Assembly: GCA_947301965.1 (NCBI GenBank)
Contig: CAMYUM010000003.1
Span: forward strand, 30,127-94,126
DNA: 64,000 bases
Reading direction: 5' to 3'
Source: an uncultured Azospirillum sp.
GTDB lineage: Bacteria > Pseudomonadota > Alphaproteobacteria > RF32 > CAG-239
The position numbers were made by a program, and so were the translations under genes. The stretch's first letter is position 1; every line of letters begins with the position of its first letter. The notes under the pieces were generated by a model. It made no database searches, was not told where the DNA came from, and was given only the letters and a program-made list of their open reading frames with translations. Of the stretch, positions 1-8,403 are shown one piece after another.

Positions 1-132
1 AATCATGCCGGCAATGGATAAGAACACAAGGTTGGCATAGTCGGGAGTTAGGTAATAAATAACACCGTGAAAATATTTAAGGTAATTGATGAGCATATAA
101 CTCAGCAATATTATAATAACAAAAAACATAGG
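1..132 (-). CDS. hypothetical membrane protein, N-terminal fragment (gene continues past window start)
   Basis: reverse-strand ATG at 130-132; translation MFFVIIILLSYMLINYLKYFHGVIYYLTPDYANLVFLSIAGMI... is hydrophobic and the frame stays open to the window edge. Confidence 0.3.
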
Positions 133-142
133 ACGATTGCGA

Positions 143-370
143 TTATAAAACATTAACAAAGCGATGTTGGAAAATGTAGCCGCATAAAAGGTTATATGTA
201 AAATATTTTGCACAAGATCGGGTAAGGGGGAAAAAAGCATAAATAAACATGCGGCAACCAGCAAAAGTCCGGCCGGAAGCCAAGAATTTTTCAAAAGCGG
301 GAGAATTTGCCACAGGTAATTTATATATTTTTTCAGCAATGTCGTTCCTTTCGAAACGGGAGTCTAGCAC
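143..370 (-). CDS. small hypothetical protein (75 aa) between queA and the edge gene
   Basis: ORF track only; no recognisable motif; could be spurious or part of a frameshifted neighbour. Confidence 0.2.
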   Translation of the reverse strand: MLDSRFERNDIAEKIYKLPVANSPAFEKFLASGRTFAGCRMFIYAFFPLTRSCAKYFTYNLLCGYIFQHRFVNVL

Positions 371-378
371 CGATAAGT

Positions 379-1464
379 TTAAATTTTATTTACGCATTTG
401 ATTATTGAACTGTCACCGTACGAATAAAAACGATATTTTTGTTCAATGGCGTGCTGATAAGCTTTTTTCATACGGTCAATGCCGGCGATGGCACAGATGA
501 GCATGAAAAGCGTGGATTTAGGTAGGTGAAAGTTGGTAATAATCATATCAATCATCTTAAATTTATAACCGGGAGTTATAAAAATATCAGTTGAGCCGGC
601 AAATGGGTGCAAAATCCCTTTGTCGTCGGCGGCACTTTCAAGCAGACGCAAAGATGTGGTGCCGACAGCAATTATACGGCGACCTTCACGCTTGGCACGG
701 TTGATGATTTCACAGGTCTCGGGAGTTATTTCACCATATTCGGCATGCATTTTGTGGTCTTTGGTGTCATCGGTTTTGACCGGCAGAAAAGTTCCGGCAC
801 CGACGTGCAGGGTAATAAATACTTTTTCAATTCCCTTTTTATCAAGAGCCTCAAATACTCTCGGCGTAAAATGCAGACCTGCAGTCGGGGCGGCAACGGC
901 TCCTTCATAATGGGCATAGATGGTCTGATAGTTTTCTTTGTCGTTATATTTGTCCCAAATGCCGTTAACGGTGGGTTTATCGCGCTTGATGTAGGGCGGA
1001 AGCGGCATAAGTCCGTACTTTTGCAAGTTGGTCGCTAATATTTCTGCCGGACAACCAAAACGAATTAAAACTCCGTCATCATCTTTTTTTTCAAGTACTT
1101 CGGCAAAAAAGTCGCTTTGTTCGGGGGTGATTTGGTCGGTATAAAAATTTACTCGGTCGCCGGGGTGCAGGCGCTTGGCGTTTTTGATAAAAGCCCACCA
1201 CGAAATGCCATCAAGCGGACGATAAAGAGTGACCTCAACTTTAGCCTCTCCACGAGCTCCATAGAGGCGGGCAGGAATAACTTTAGTATCATTAAAAACC
1301 AACAGGTCGCCTTTTTGAAGTAAATCCGGCAAATCATAAAAATGATGGTCGGTAATCTCGTCTTCAACGCTTAAGTCAAGCAAACGTGAAGTGTCGCGAG
1401 GATTTGCCGGTTGTGAAGCAATTAAGCTGCGGTCTAAAGTAAAATCAAAAATATCCACTTGCAT
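379..1464 (-). CDS. queA: S-adenosylmethionine:tRNA ribosyltransferase-isomerase
   Basis: ORF 379..1530 trimmed to the internal ATG at 1464 (MQVDIFDFTLDRSLIASQPANPRD...); full-length similarity to QueA (LLVFNDTKVIPARL, GTTSLRLLES motifs). Confidence 0.9.
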   Translation of the reverse strand: MQVDIFDFTLDRSLIASQPANPRDTSRLLDLSVEDEITDHHFYDLPDLLQKGDLLVFNDTKVIPARLYGARGEAKVEVTLYRPLDGISWWAFIKNAKRLHPGDRVNFYTDQITPEQSDFFAEVLEKKDDDGVLIRFGCPAEILATNLQKYGLMPLPPYIKRDKPTVNGIWDKYNDKENYQTIYAHYEGAVAAPTAGLHFTPRVFEALDKKGIEKVFITLHVGAGTFLPVKTDDTKDHKMHAEYGEITPETCEIINRAKREGRRIIAVGTTSLRLLESAADDKGILHPFAGSTDIFITPGYKFKMIDMIITNFHLPKSTLFMLICAIAGIDRMKKAYQHAIEQKYRFYSYGDSSIIKCVNKI

Positions 1465-1541
1465 AGTTGTTTTGTCCTTTTCTTTGCCGTTGTTATAGTA
1501 TATAGAATAATTATTTGCAAGAACTATCAAGGGAGATACCG

Positions 1542-2315
1542 ATGTCTAAAATTGTTACCATGATTCCGGTGCGTATGGCTTCAACACGCCTGCCAAACAA
1601 GCCTTTGCTTGATATAAACGGCAAAAGTTTGTTGCAAAGAGTTTATGAGAATGTAAAAAAATATGTGCCGGGAGATATTTATGTTGCCGCCGGGGATCAG
1701 GTGATTGTAGAAGCGTGCGAGAAGTTCGGGGCTAAAGCAATTTTGACCGATCCTAAACTGCCATCGGGTACCGACCGTATTGCCGCGGCATTAAAAGAGA
1801 TTGACCCGAGCGGTGATAAATATGATATTGTAGTTAATTTCCAAGGTGATGCGGTTAATGTTAATCCGGAAATTAATAATCAACTGATTAAAATTGTTGA
1901 AGAAAGCGGCTGTGATATTGCGACAGTCGGTATGGTGTTTAAAACCCAAGAGGAAATTGACAGCCCGAATAACGTAAAAATTGTTATGGGATTGCGTGAC
2001 GGGGAGACGGAAGGACGTTGTTTGTACTTTACACGGGCGGCGGCTCCGTATATTCGTAATCCGGAAAAATGCAGTAATCATGACTTTTACCATCATATCG
2101 GTATTTATGTTTATAATGCTAAATCATTGCGAAAAATCGTATCATTGCCGGTAGGGGTATTGGAAGCAAGAGAATCGCTTGAACAGTTGCGTGCGCTTGA
2201 AAACGGAATGGTTATAAGAGCTAAATTGGTCAATAACCTTAAGCTTAATCAGGAAGCTCCGGCAGATATCGATACAATGGAAGAGCTGGAAGAAGCCCGT
2301 AAAACGCTAATATAG
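1542..2315 (+). CDS. kdsB: 3-deoxy-manno-octulosonate cytidylyltransferase (CMP-KDO synthetase)
   Basis: MSKIVTMIPVRMASTRLPNKPL N-terminus typical of KdsB; GGGAGA RBS at 1531-1536; ATG at 1542. Confidence 0.9.
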   Translation: MSKIVTMIPVRMASTRLPNKPLLDINGKSLLQRVYENVKKYVPGDIYVAAGDQVIVEACEKFGAKAILTDPKLPSGTDRIAAALKEIDPSGDKYDIVVNFQGDAVNVNPEINNQLIKIVEESGCDIATVGMVFKTQEEIDSPNNVKIVMGLRDGETEGRCLYFTRAAAPYIRNPEKCSNHDFYHHIGIYVYNAKSLRKIVSLPVGVLEARESLEQLRALENGMVIRAKLVNNLKLNQEAPADIDTMEELEEARKTLI

Positions 2316-2330
2316 TCGGATACTGTTTGT

Positions 2331-2359
2331 TTGATATTGTGATGTTTTTGTGATACAAT
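2331..2359 (+). promoter_or_regulatory. sigma70-like promoter candidate TTGATA-17-TACAAT upstream of the pilin gene
   Basis: TTGATA 2331-2336, 17-nt spacer, TACAAT 2354-2359; about 40 nt upstream of the RBS/ATG at 2401. Confidence 0.4.
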
Positions 2360-2400
2360 ATTACGTAAGGTGTGTTTTTCCTTTTTGAGGGGCTGAACCT

Positions 2401-2970
2401 ATGAAGTCGACGGAACAAAAAGGGCGTTCAATGGTTGAGATGCTGGGCGTTTTAGCTATTATCGGCGTTTTGTCGATAGGTGGAATTGCGGGTTATTCAA
2501 AAGCAATGGAAAAATATAACACCAATAAGTTGGTTGATCAGTTTTTTATGATTCTTCATAATTTAACAACAGCAGTAGCAGCGGGACAGCCGGTGACGCA
2601 GTTGGCCAACAATTCGGTTGTTGATGCTTTAGGAATTTTGCCCAAGGAAATGGGCAAAGCCTCGCAATGTCGCCATGCCTTGGGCGGGCAATGTTATATT
2701 ACCGGCGGCGGAGACGGAACAATTATATCGGTAAGGTTTAAGGATTTGCCACCGAAAGGGTGTGTCGAACTATCCACGATAGATTTGAGAGGGGCAAAAG
2801 GAAACAGCATTGTTAATGCTGCCAACAGTATTAGCGTAACATCAAGTACGTGTGCTGTCGAAGACGGGCAGGGCAACTGCAAGTCATCGCAGTTCAGAAC
2901 GGTTACGCAGGCGACCAAAGAGTGTCGAGGCAAACTTAATGCGGTTATATTTACATTTAAGGTTTTGTAA
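2401..2970 (+). CDS. type IV pilin / pseudopilin-like protein (prepilin N-terminal cleavage-methylation domain)
   Basis: MKSTEQKGRSMVEMLGVLAIIGVLSIGGIAGY: KG|xxxxE + hydrophobic helix typical of class III signal peptides; C-terminal Cys pairs; GAGGGG RBS. Confidence 0.7.
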   Translation: MKSTEQKGRSMVEMLGVLAIIGVLSIGGIAGYSKAMEKYNTNKLVDQFFMILHNLTTAVAAGQPVTQLANNSVVDALGILPKEMGKASQCRHALGGQCYITGGGDGTIISVRFKDLPPKGCVELSTIDLRGAKGNSIVNAANSISVTSSTCAVEDGQGNCKSSQFRTVTQATKECRGKLNAVIFTFKVL

Positions 2971-2977
2971 TTAATTT

Positions 2978-3904
2978 TTATTTTTTACCGATTAGGGCGT
3001 GGCGCTCCCAAAAGATGCCGTCAGAATAGCCCTGAATTTGTTTGTTTTTTTGCGCCAACTCAAGCCGTCTTTCAGCCCAAATGCAATAATTTGGGTTTTG
3101 TTCTATGCCGACGTAACGACGTCCGAGTTTGCGTGCGGTTACGGAAGTTGTACCCGAGCCTAAAAACGGGTCAAAAACAATATCGTTTTTGTTGGAACTG
3201 GCCAAGATTAATTTAGCAATCAATTTTTCGGGCTTTTGGGTAGGATGAGCGGTGTTTTCGGGCATCGACCAATAAGGAATGGAAATATCATCCCAAAAAT
3301 TAGAAGGGCAGGTATTGCGAAAACGACCTTCCGAAGTCTGTTCCCAGTCTTTGGGTTTGCCGTCCTGTTTGTAGGGAGCCAAAACTTTGCGCCGGACTTT
3401 TACGGCATCAAGATTGAAAGTGTATTGTTTGTCCATGGTGGCAAACCAAATATCTTCCATGCCGTTTTTCCAATTTTGGGTGGCTCCGCGGCCTTTTTCA
3501 CGTTGCCAGGTAATACGGTTTTGAATATTGAAATAACGTGCCAAAACCGGACCGATAACCAGGCTTGATTTCCAATCACAACAAACATAAATGGAGGCAT
3601 CGGGCTTTAACAAAGGAAGAGCTTTTTCTATCCATTCAACAGTATATTTCTCGTATTCGTCATCGGCCGTTTGAGTAAATTTATTGCCGTGAAAATCTTT
3701 GCTAAGGTTATAAGGAGGGTCAACAATCAGCAGGTCTACAAAATGTCGGGGAAGTCTGGGCATGATTTTGAGCGAATCTCCGACGATGGTTTTGTTGATG
3801 ATTGCTGATAGGGTAGTTTTGCGGCTGACTTTAATACATCGTTTGAGATAAGCCCTGCCTTCAAGAAGTCCGATATCTATGGTTTTGTTTTTTTCTGATT
3901 TCAT
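2978..3904 (-). CDS. ccrM: beta-class N6-adenine DNA methyltransferase, CcrM/HinfI-like (orphan, no adjacent REase)
   Basis: motif IV DPPY (LLIVDPPYNL) precedes motif I FDPFLGSGTT; AHPTQKPEKL matches CcrM AHPTQKPEAL; ORF trimmed to ATG at 3904 (MKSEKNKTIDIGLLEGRAYLKR). Confidence 0.75.
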   Translation of the reverse strand: MKSEKNKTIDIGLLEGRAYLKRCIKVSRKTTLSAIINKTIVGDSLKIMPRLPRHFVDLLIVDPPYNLSKDFHGNKFTQTADDEYEKYTVEWIEKALPLLKPDASIYVCCDWKSSLVIGPVLARYFNIQNRITWQREKGRGATQNWKNGMEDIWFATMDKQYTFNLDAVKVRRKVLAPYKQDGKPKDWEQTSEGRFRNTCPSNFWDDISIPYWSMPENTAHPTQKPEKLIAKLILASSNKNDIVFDPFLGSGTTSVTARKLGRRYVGIEQNPNYCIWAERRLELAQKNKQIQGYSDGIFWERHALIGKK

Positions 3905-4055
3905 TTTTGCCTCATTGTTGAATTGATAGCAAATAAAAGCACAAAAACCAAGATGTTTTATAGTTTTTGTTGATATCTGTTCTGTAAATGTTATAGACAT
4001 GATTATAAAAACGATGTATGAAAAATGTGAAAGTGTAAGGCGTTAGGAAAACAAT

Positions 4056-4916
4056 ATGGATTGGGCAATAATCAGTAATGTCATTTTTGATAGTTTGAAA
4101 GACAGTGCATGGCTGTTTCTTTTTTTGCTGTTAACGTATATATTGCTTGAATATATAGAGCATAAAAACGGCAGTAAGTCGCTTAATTTAATCGGCAAAT
4201 CAGGTAAATTGGGGGCGGCGATCGGCGCGGTGAGCGGGATTGTGCCGCAATGCGGTTTTGCGGCGGCAGCAGCAAATTTTTATGCGGCGAGAGCAATTTC
4301 AGTAGGAACATTGCTGGCCGTGTTTTTGACGACCTCAGATGAAATGTTGCCGATTATGGTTTCCAATGCCGTAGAGCCGATGATTATTATTAAAATATTG
4401 GGAATTAAATTGGTTTTGGGAATGACAATCGGAATTTTGTGCGACGTTGTCCTAAACTCAAAACCGCAGACAGTTAATATTGAGCCGTTGTGCGAAGATG
4501 CCGCTTGTCATTGTGCAGGGGAGGGAATATTTAAGCCGGCACTGTTCCATGCAATAAAAATTACGGTTTTTGTGATGTTGGTTACATTTGCTCTAAATGC
4601 GGTTATAGCTGTTTGGGGAGAGCATTGTTTGAGCGAAATGGTGCTTAATCGCCCAATTGCCGGAGTGGCGGCGGCGGGGCTGATCGGGTTGGTTCCGAAT
4701 TGTTCGGCTTCGGTCATAATTACCCAATTGTGGTTGGAGGGCGCTATTAATTTCGGGGCAATGCTGGCCGGTCTTTTGTCGGGAGCAGGAGCAGGGCTGT
4801 TGGTGTTGTTTAAGGTAAATAAAAACAGAAAAGAAAATTTTAAAATAGTTGCGATTTTATATTTTTCGGCAGTTGCAACAGGGGGTTTAATTAATATTTT
4901 GCAAATAAATTTATAA
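4056..4916 (+). CDS. polytopic inner-membrane protein with internal duplication (GIVPQCGF / GLVPNCSAS motifs); putative transporter
   Basis: two hydrophobic halves each carrying P-x-C-G/S motif; AGGAAA RBS; no family assigned. Confidence 0.5.
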   Translation: MDWAIISNVIFDSLKDSAWLFLFLLLTYILLEYIEHKNGSKSLNLIGKSGKLGAAIGAVSGIVPQCGFAAAAANFYAARAISVGTLLAVFLTTSDEMLPIMVSNAVEPMIIIKILGIKLVLGMTIGILCDVVLNSKPQTVNIEPLCEDAACHCAGEGIFKPALFHAIKITVFVMLVTFALNAVIAVWGEHCLSEMVLNRPIAGVAAAGLIGLVPNCSASVIITQLWLEGAINFGAMLAGLLSGAGAGLLVLFKVNKNRKENFKIVAILYFSAVATGGLINILQINL

Positions 4917-4967
4917 TCTTTTAGTAATTTGGAGTTATATTAATAGTTTGAATGCGAGGTGTGATTA

Positions 4968-5936
4968 ATGTCGTTTCAGACTAAAAAGGTTGTAAAAAAA
5001 GTAATATCGTGGTCAGGACTGTTCTTTTTCGGTCTGGCGGTATATATGTTGTATCACCAGCTGTCGAAGTACAGTATTAACGACATTAAAGAGGCATTGT
5101 TCAGCATTCCGCACCATAATTTAATATTGGCGATGTTGGCGGCATTAGGCGGATATGTGGCATTGTCATCATATGATTTTTTGGCTCTTTGTTATATCAA
5201 GCGCAAAATTAGGGCGTGGAAATGGATTTTTGCCGGATTTGTGGGCTTTTCTGTCAGTAATAATGCCGGACACGCCATAGTTTCGGGCGGGACAATCAGG
5301 TACAGATTGTATACGAGATGGCGGTTTCGCGGTACCGAAATTGTACGGATGGTGACTTTTTCTGGCTTTACGTATTTGGTGGCGTGTTTCTTTTTGATTA
5401 TTGTCGGATATATGCTGACCCCTTCTCATGCCTTTGGCGCAGGGTCGGTTTCTAAAATGACAACGCAGATAGTTACGGCGGTCTCCGTTGTGGGATTAAT
5501 CGGATATTTTGCGTTGAGCCTGTTTTATAAAAAGCCGATGTATATTAAAGATGTTGAGTTTGATATGCCAAACTGGAAAATGGCAATCGCTCAGGTATTT
5601 TTGGGTTCGGCAGACATTATTATGGATTCAATCGTATTATATTTGGTGTTGATACCGTTTGTGCCGCTTGATTTTACGACTTTTATGGGCGTATTTATTA
5701 TTGCTAAGGTGTTGGGCGTATTCAGCCAGGTGCCGGGAGGATTAGGAGTATTTGAAGGTTTGTTTATGTATATTATTCCCGGAGAACACAATGATTTGAC
5801 ATTATTTGGAGCATTAATTGCATATCGTATCTTGTACTATTTGGTGCCGCTGTTGGTTTCGGGAATAGCTCTGATGAGCTATGAATGGTATTTGGCGTGG
5901 CGGCGCAGGCGGATGATAAATAAGATCAGAAGGTAG
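4968..5936 (+). CDS. UPF0104 / YbhN-family membrane protein (lysylphosphatidylglycerol-synthase-TM-like flippase domain)
   Basis: multi-TM; C-terminal PGGLGVFEGLF motif characteristic of LPG_synthase_TM/UPF0104. Confidence 0.65.
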   Translation: MSFQTKKVVKKVISWSGLFFFGLAVYMLYHQLSKYSINDIKEALFSIPHHNLILAMLAALGGYVALSSYDFLALCYIKRKIRAWKWIFAGFVGFSVSNNAGHAIVSGGTIRYRLYTRWRFRGTEIVRMVTFSGFTYLVACFFLIIVGYMLTPSHAFGAGSVSKMTTQIVTAVSVVGLIGYFALSLFYKKPMYIKDVEFDMPNWKMAIAQVFLGSADIIMDSIVLYLVLIPFVPLDFTTFMGVFIIAKVLGVFSQVPGGLGVFEGLFMYIIPGEHNDLTLFGALIAYRILYYLVPLLVSGIALMSYEWYLAWRRRRMINKIRR

Positions 5937-5941
5937 AAAAA

Positions 5942-5970
5942 ATCCCACCCTTGCGGTGGGATTTGTTTTG
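5942..5970 (+). terminator. rho-independent terminator (ATCCCACC-cttgc-GGTGGGAT + TTGTTTTG)
   Basis: 8-bp perfect stem directly after the stop at 5934-5936, then a T-rich tract. Confidence 0.7.
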
Positions 5971-6209
5971 TTGGTCGGGCACACCGCCACTAAATCAGAA
6001 AAATGATACCATTTTTTGATTGTTTCATTTTCACCTCTAAAATAGTGTGGACGCGTTTTTACGACCATTCCGGACACCCAAGGTGCAGATACCAGCCACG
6101 TGCTTTTTTTATTTCAAAAACAATAACATATACTGTCCACGTGGGAATTAAACTTGACTTTTATATTTTTTAAGCGATATAGCTATACAAGTGAAGTAAG
6201 AGGACAAAT

Positions 6210-7115
6210 ATGACATATATAACGAAAGAGACGGCTGATAATCTTGATTTAATCCGCAAAATTTTGGTAGATAGTGGTTTTTCGGAAATTAAGAATATTA
6301 CGCGTTTGCAAAGCGGCTCGCGTTCGGTTGCCTATTATGCCGATGATTATATCGTGCGTTTTCCCAAAGCGGAAATAATCTGGCAGACCATGCAACGTGA
6401 AAAAATGATAATTGACACGATTTATCCGCATTTAATGCCGTATTTTGAGGGCAAAATCCACAAAATTGAACTGATTGACGGCACTTATCCGTTTTCTGTT
6501 TCCAAGCGTATATATGGTAAAATTTGTGACGGACGGCCGGAAAGCGACTATGCCGTTTTATATCAAAATATTATACCGGAGCGACAGCTTAAACTGGCGC
6601 AAGATTTAGCGATGTTTTTTCATTTAATGCACCAAATTGATTATAAAAAGCTAAATATGCCGGAGCCGACCGAGGCTATTGATAATTGGGACGTTAGCAC
6701 AAGAGAAGATTTTGATTATGCCAGTGTCAGAGAAGCTTTATTGCCACATAAAATTGATTTAGATTACAATAAACCGACTTTGCCAAATACCGATAAAGCC
6801 TTATGCCACAACGATTTAAGCGGCTCTAATCTGTTACTCAATCCCGAAAGCGATGATATTCTCGCCGGCATTATTGACTTTGGAAACATGGTTATTATGC
6901 CAAAATATCAGGATTTTTTCCCGCTTTACAAAATTGACCGCAAATTGGCGATTGATACGCTGACGGAATATAACAAATTGACAACTTCAAAAATAGAGCC
7001 AAAACAACTTGATTATATGATTTTGTGCTACATCGGCTATGGACTTTATAAAACAAAAGACAATTCTTCGCCGTATTTTATGAAACTCTTAAAGCCGTTT
7101 TTTATAAAAAAATAA
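6210..7115 (+). CDS. phosphotransferase-family kinase (APH/choline-kinase-like fold)
   Basis: HNDLSGSNLLL (Brenner HxDxxxxN) and IIDFGN (DFG-like) motifs. Confidence 0.7.
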   Translation: MTYITKETADNLDLIRKILVDSGFSEIKNITRLQSGSRSVAYYADDYIVRFPKAEIIWQTMQREKMIIDTIYPHLMPYFEGKIHKIELIDGTYPFSVSKRIYGKICDGRPESDYAVLYQNIIPERQLKLAQDLAMFFHLMHQIDYKKLNMPEPTEAIDNWDVSTREDFDYASVREALLPHKIDLDYNKPTLPNTDKALCHNDLSGSNLLLNPESDDILAGIIDFGNMVIMPKYQDFFPLYKIDRKLAIDTLTEYNKLTTSKIEPKQLDYMILCYIGYGLYKTKDNSSPYFMKLLKPFFIKK

Positions 7116-7146
7116 CATAGTAGGTATACACATACTATGTTATATA

Positions 7147-7166
7147 GCTGGTCGAAGTGACTGGAC
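7147..7166. repeat. 19-20 bp direct repeat of the tRNA-Pro 3' end (TGGTCGAAGTGACTGGACT); att-like scar
   Basis: identical to 7341-7359 (the 3' acceptor/T-stem of the minus-strand tRNA-Pro). Confidence 0.7.
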
Positions 7167-7302
7167 TGTCCTCGACATTGCTTAAAGCAATGCTCGTTCC
7201 ACTGCGCTCGTCGGCTAAAGCCGACCGTGATACTTTCGTCTCACTCTCGCTTGTAGTCAAACAGCTTCCCGCTGGTTCGTGTCTTACCGCTTTGCGGTTA
7301 AC

Positions 7303-7337
7303 ATAAAAAAACCGCCATAAAGGCGGTATTTTTTTTA
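7303..7337. terminator. bidirectional rho-independent terminator (A-run, ACCGCC-ataaa-GGCGGT, T-run)
   Basis: stem 7311-7316/7322-7327 flanked by A8 and T10. Confidence 0.7.
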
Positions 7338-7340
7338 TGT

Positions 7341-7417
7341 TGGTCGAAGTGACTGGACTCGAACCAGCGACCTCTGCGTCCCGAACGCAGCGTTCTACCA
7401 GGCTGAACTACACTTCG
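7341..7417 (-). tRNA. tRNA-Pro (anticodon CGG)
   Basis: reverse complement gives CGAAGTG-TA-GTTCAGCCTGGTAGAAC...CTGCG-TTCGGGA-CGCAG...GGTTCGAGTCC...CACTTCGACCA; acceptor stem pairs, anticodon loop UUCGGGA, CCA encoded. Confidence 0.85.
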
Positions 7418-7525
7418 ATAGTGCCATTATGTTTAGCACAAAAAAAATAGATGACAACCTTTTTTTTATTGCAACGGCGTTTTTTTTAATTTACGCTGTG
7501 TTTGTATTTGTTAATGGAGGGAAAT

Positions 7526-8011
7526 ATGCGTAAAAAATTGGCATATTGGCTGGCAACAATCAGCGGCGTAGGGTATTGTCCGTTTGCATCGGGAACGGCA
7601 GGTTCGCTGGTAACAATTCCGTTGGCGTGGCTTTTGGCCTTTTATTATGGAGTTGTCGGTATTACCTTGGGCGCGGTGGTGGTATTTTTTGCCGGAACGG
7701 CAGCAACCAAAGAGGTGTTGAAATACACAAAGCATGATCCCTCAATTGTTGTTATTGATGAAATGGCCGGACAGTTGCTGAGTTTCGGGTTGGTAGCTAA
7801 CCAATTGGTTGAGCGAACCGATTTGGGCGCAATTTTGATGTATATTATAGGTTTTGGTTTGTTCCGGTTGTTTGATATTATTAAACCGCAACCGGCAAAA
7901 TGGGCAGACAGCCAGGTTTTGAATGCATGGGGTGTTATGCTTGATGATGTGTTTGCCGGAATTTATGCCGCAGTAATTTTGTGGCTGATTAATTTAATCT
8001 TTGTTCTCTAG
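7526..8011 (+). CDS. pgpA: phosphatidylglycerophosphatase A
   Basis: SGVGYCPFASGTAGSL ... VIDEMAGQ ... FRLFDIIKP motifs of PgpA; GGAGGG RBS 7516-7521; ATG 7526. Confidence 0.8.
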   Translation: MRKKLAYWLATISGVGYCPFASGTAGSLVTIPLAWLLAFYYGVVGITLGAVVVFFAGTAATKEVLKYTKHDPSIVVIDEMAGQLLSFGLVANQLVERTDLGAILMYIIGFGLFRLFDIIKPQPAKWADSQVLNAWGVMLDDVFAGIYAAVILWLINLIFVL

Positions 8012-8057
8012 CAGTTGAAATCTTACTTGCGTTGATTATATAGGCAACGGAGGTGAG

Positions 8058-8142
8058 AATGTTTTTCTTTAAGCATAGGCATATGGTAATGATGTCATTG
8101 TTGGCGTTGTTGGTGGCAATGACGTTGGTGTTGTTTAATTGA
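8058..8142 (+). CDS. mini-ORF, 27-aa single-TM peptide (MFFFKHRHMVMMSLLALLVAMTLVLFN)
   Basis: GGAGGTGAGA Shine-Dalgarno 6 nt upstream of ATG 8058; hydrophobic core; not in ORF track (<60 aa). Confidence 0.35.
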
Positions 8143-8150
8143 GGTTAGGT

Positions 8151-8219
8151 ATGAAAATCTGGCATTGGATTGTGGTCGCGGTTTTTATTTTTGCGGTGGT
8201 GATTACGTTGTTTTTTTAA
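8151..8219 (+). CDS. mini-ORF, 22-aa single-TM peptide (MKIWHWIVVAVFIFAVVITLFF)
   Basis: GAGGTTAGGT SD directly upstream of ATG 8151; 9 nt after previous mini-ORF stop. Confidence 0.35.
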   Translation: MKIWHWIVVAVFIFAVVITLFF

Positions 8220-8280
8220 GCGAGGTGTTTTTTTAGCTTGACACGTATGGATAAAAGGCGTATACACGCTTCATATTTAT

Positions 8281-8357
<77 letters not shown>

Positions 8358-8362
8358 ATAAA

Positions 8363-8396
8363 AATAAAAAACCTTCCTTTATGGAAGGTTTTTTTG
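8363..8396. terminator. bidirectional terminator (ACCTTCC-tttat-GGAAGGT + T7) between tRNA-fMet and the autotransporter
   Basis: perfect 7-bp stem, A-run upstream, T-run downstream. Confidence 0.7.
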
Positions 8397-8403
8397 TTTT
8401 GAA

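Noticed and set aside
607-1038. Plus-strand ORFs (143 aa and 96 aa) inside queA
   Set aside because: Entirely nested antisense within a well-supported queA reading frame. No RBS or motif.
5814-6077. 87-aa minus-strand ORF across the UPF0104 3' end and its terminator
   Set aside because: Overlaps a strong terminator hairpin and the end of a confident gene. No start context.
7147-7300. Possible two-piece tmRNA (permuted ssrA) coding piece, suggested by the tRNA-like 3' end and a TAA in a hairpin loop
   Set aside because: The only plausible tag frame reads …AVERALL*, which is not the usual …A(L)AA ending. No pseudoknots or T-arm could be built by eye. More parsimonious as an att-like duplication of the tRNA-Pro 3' end.
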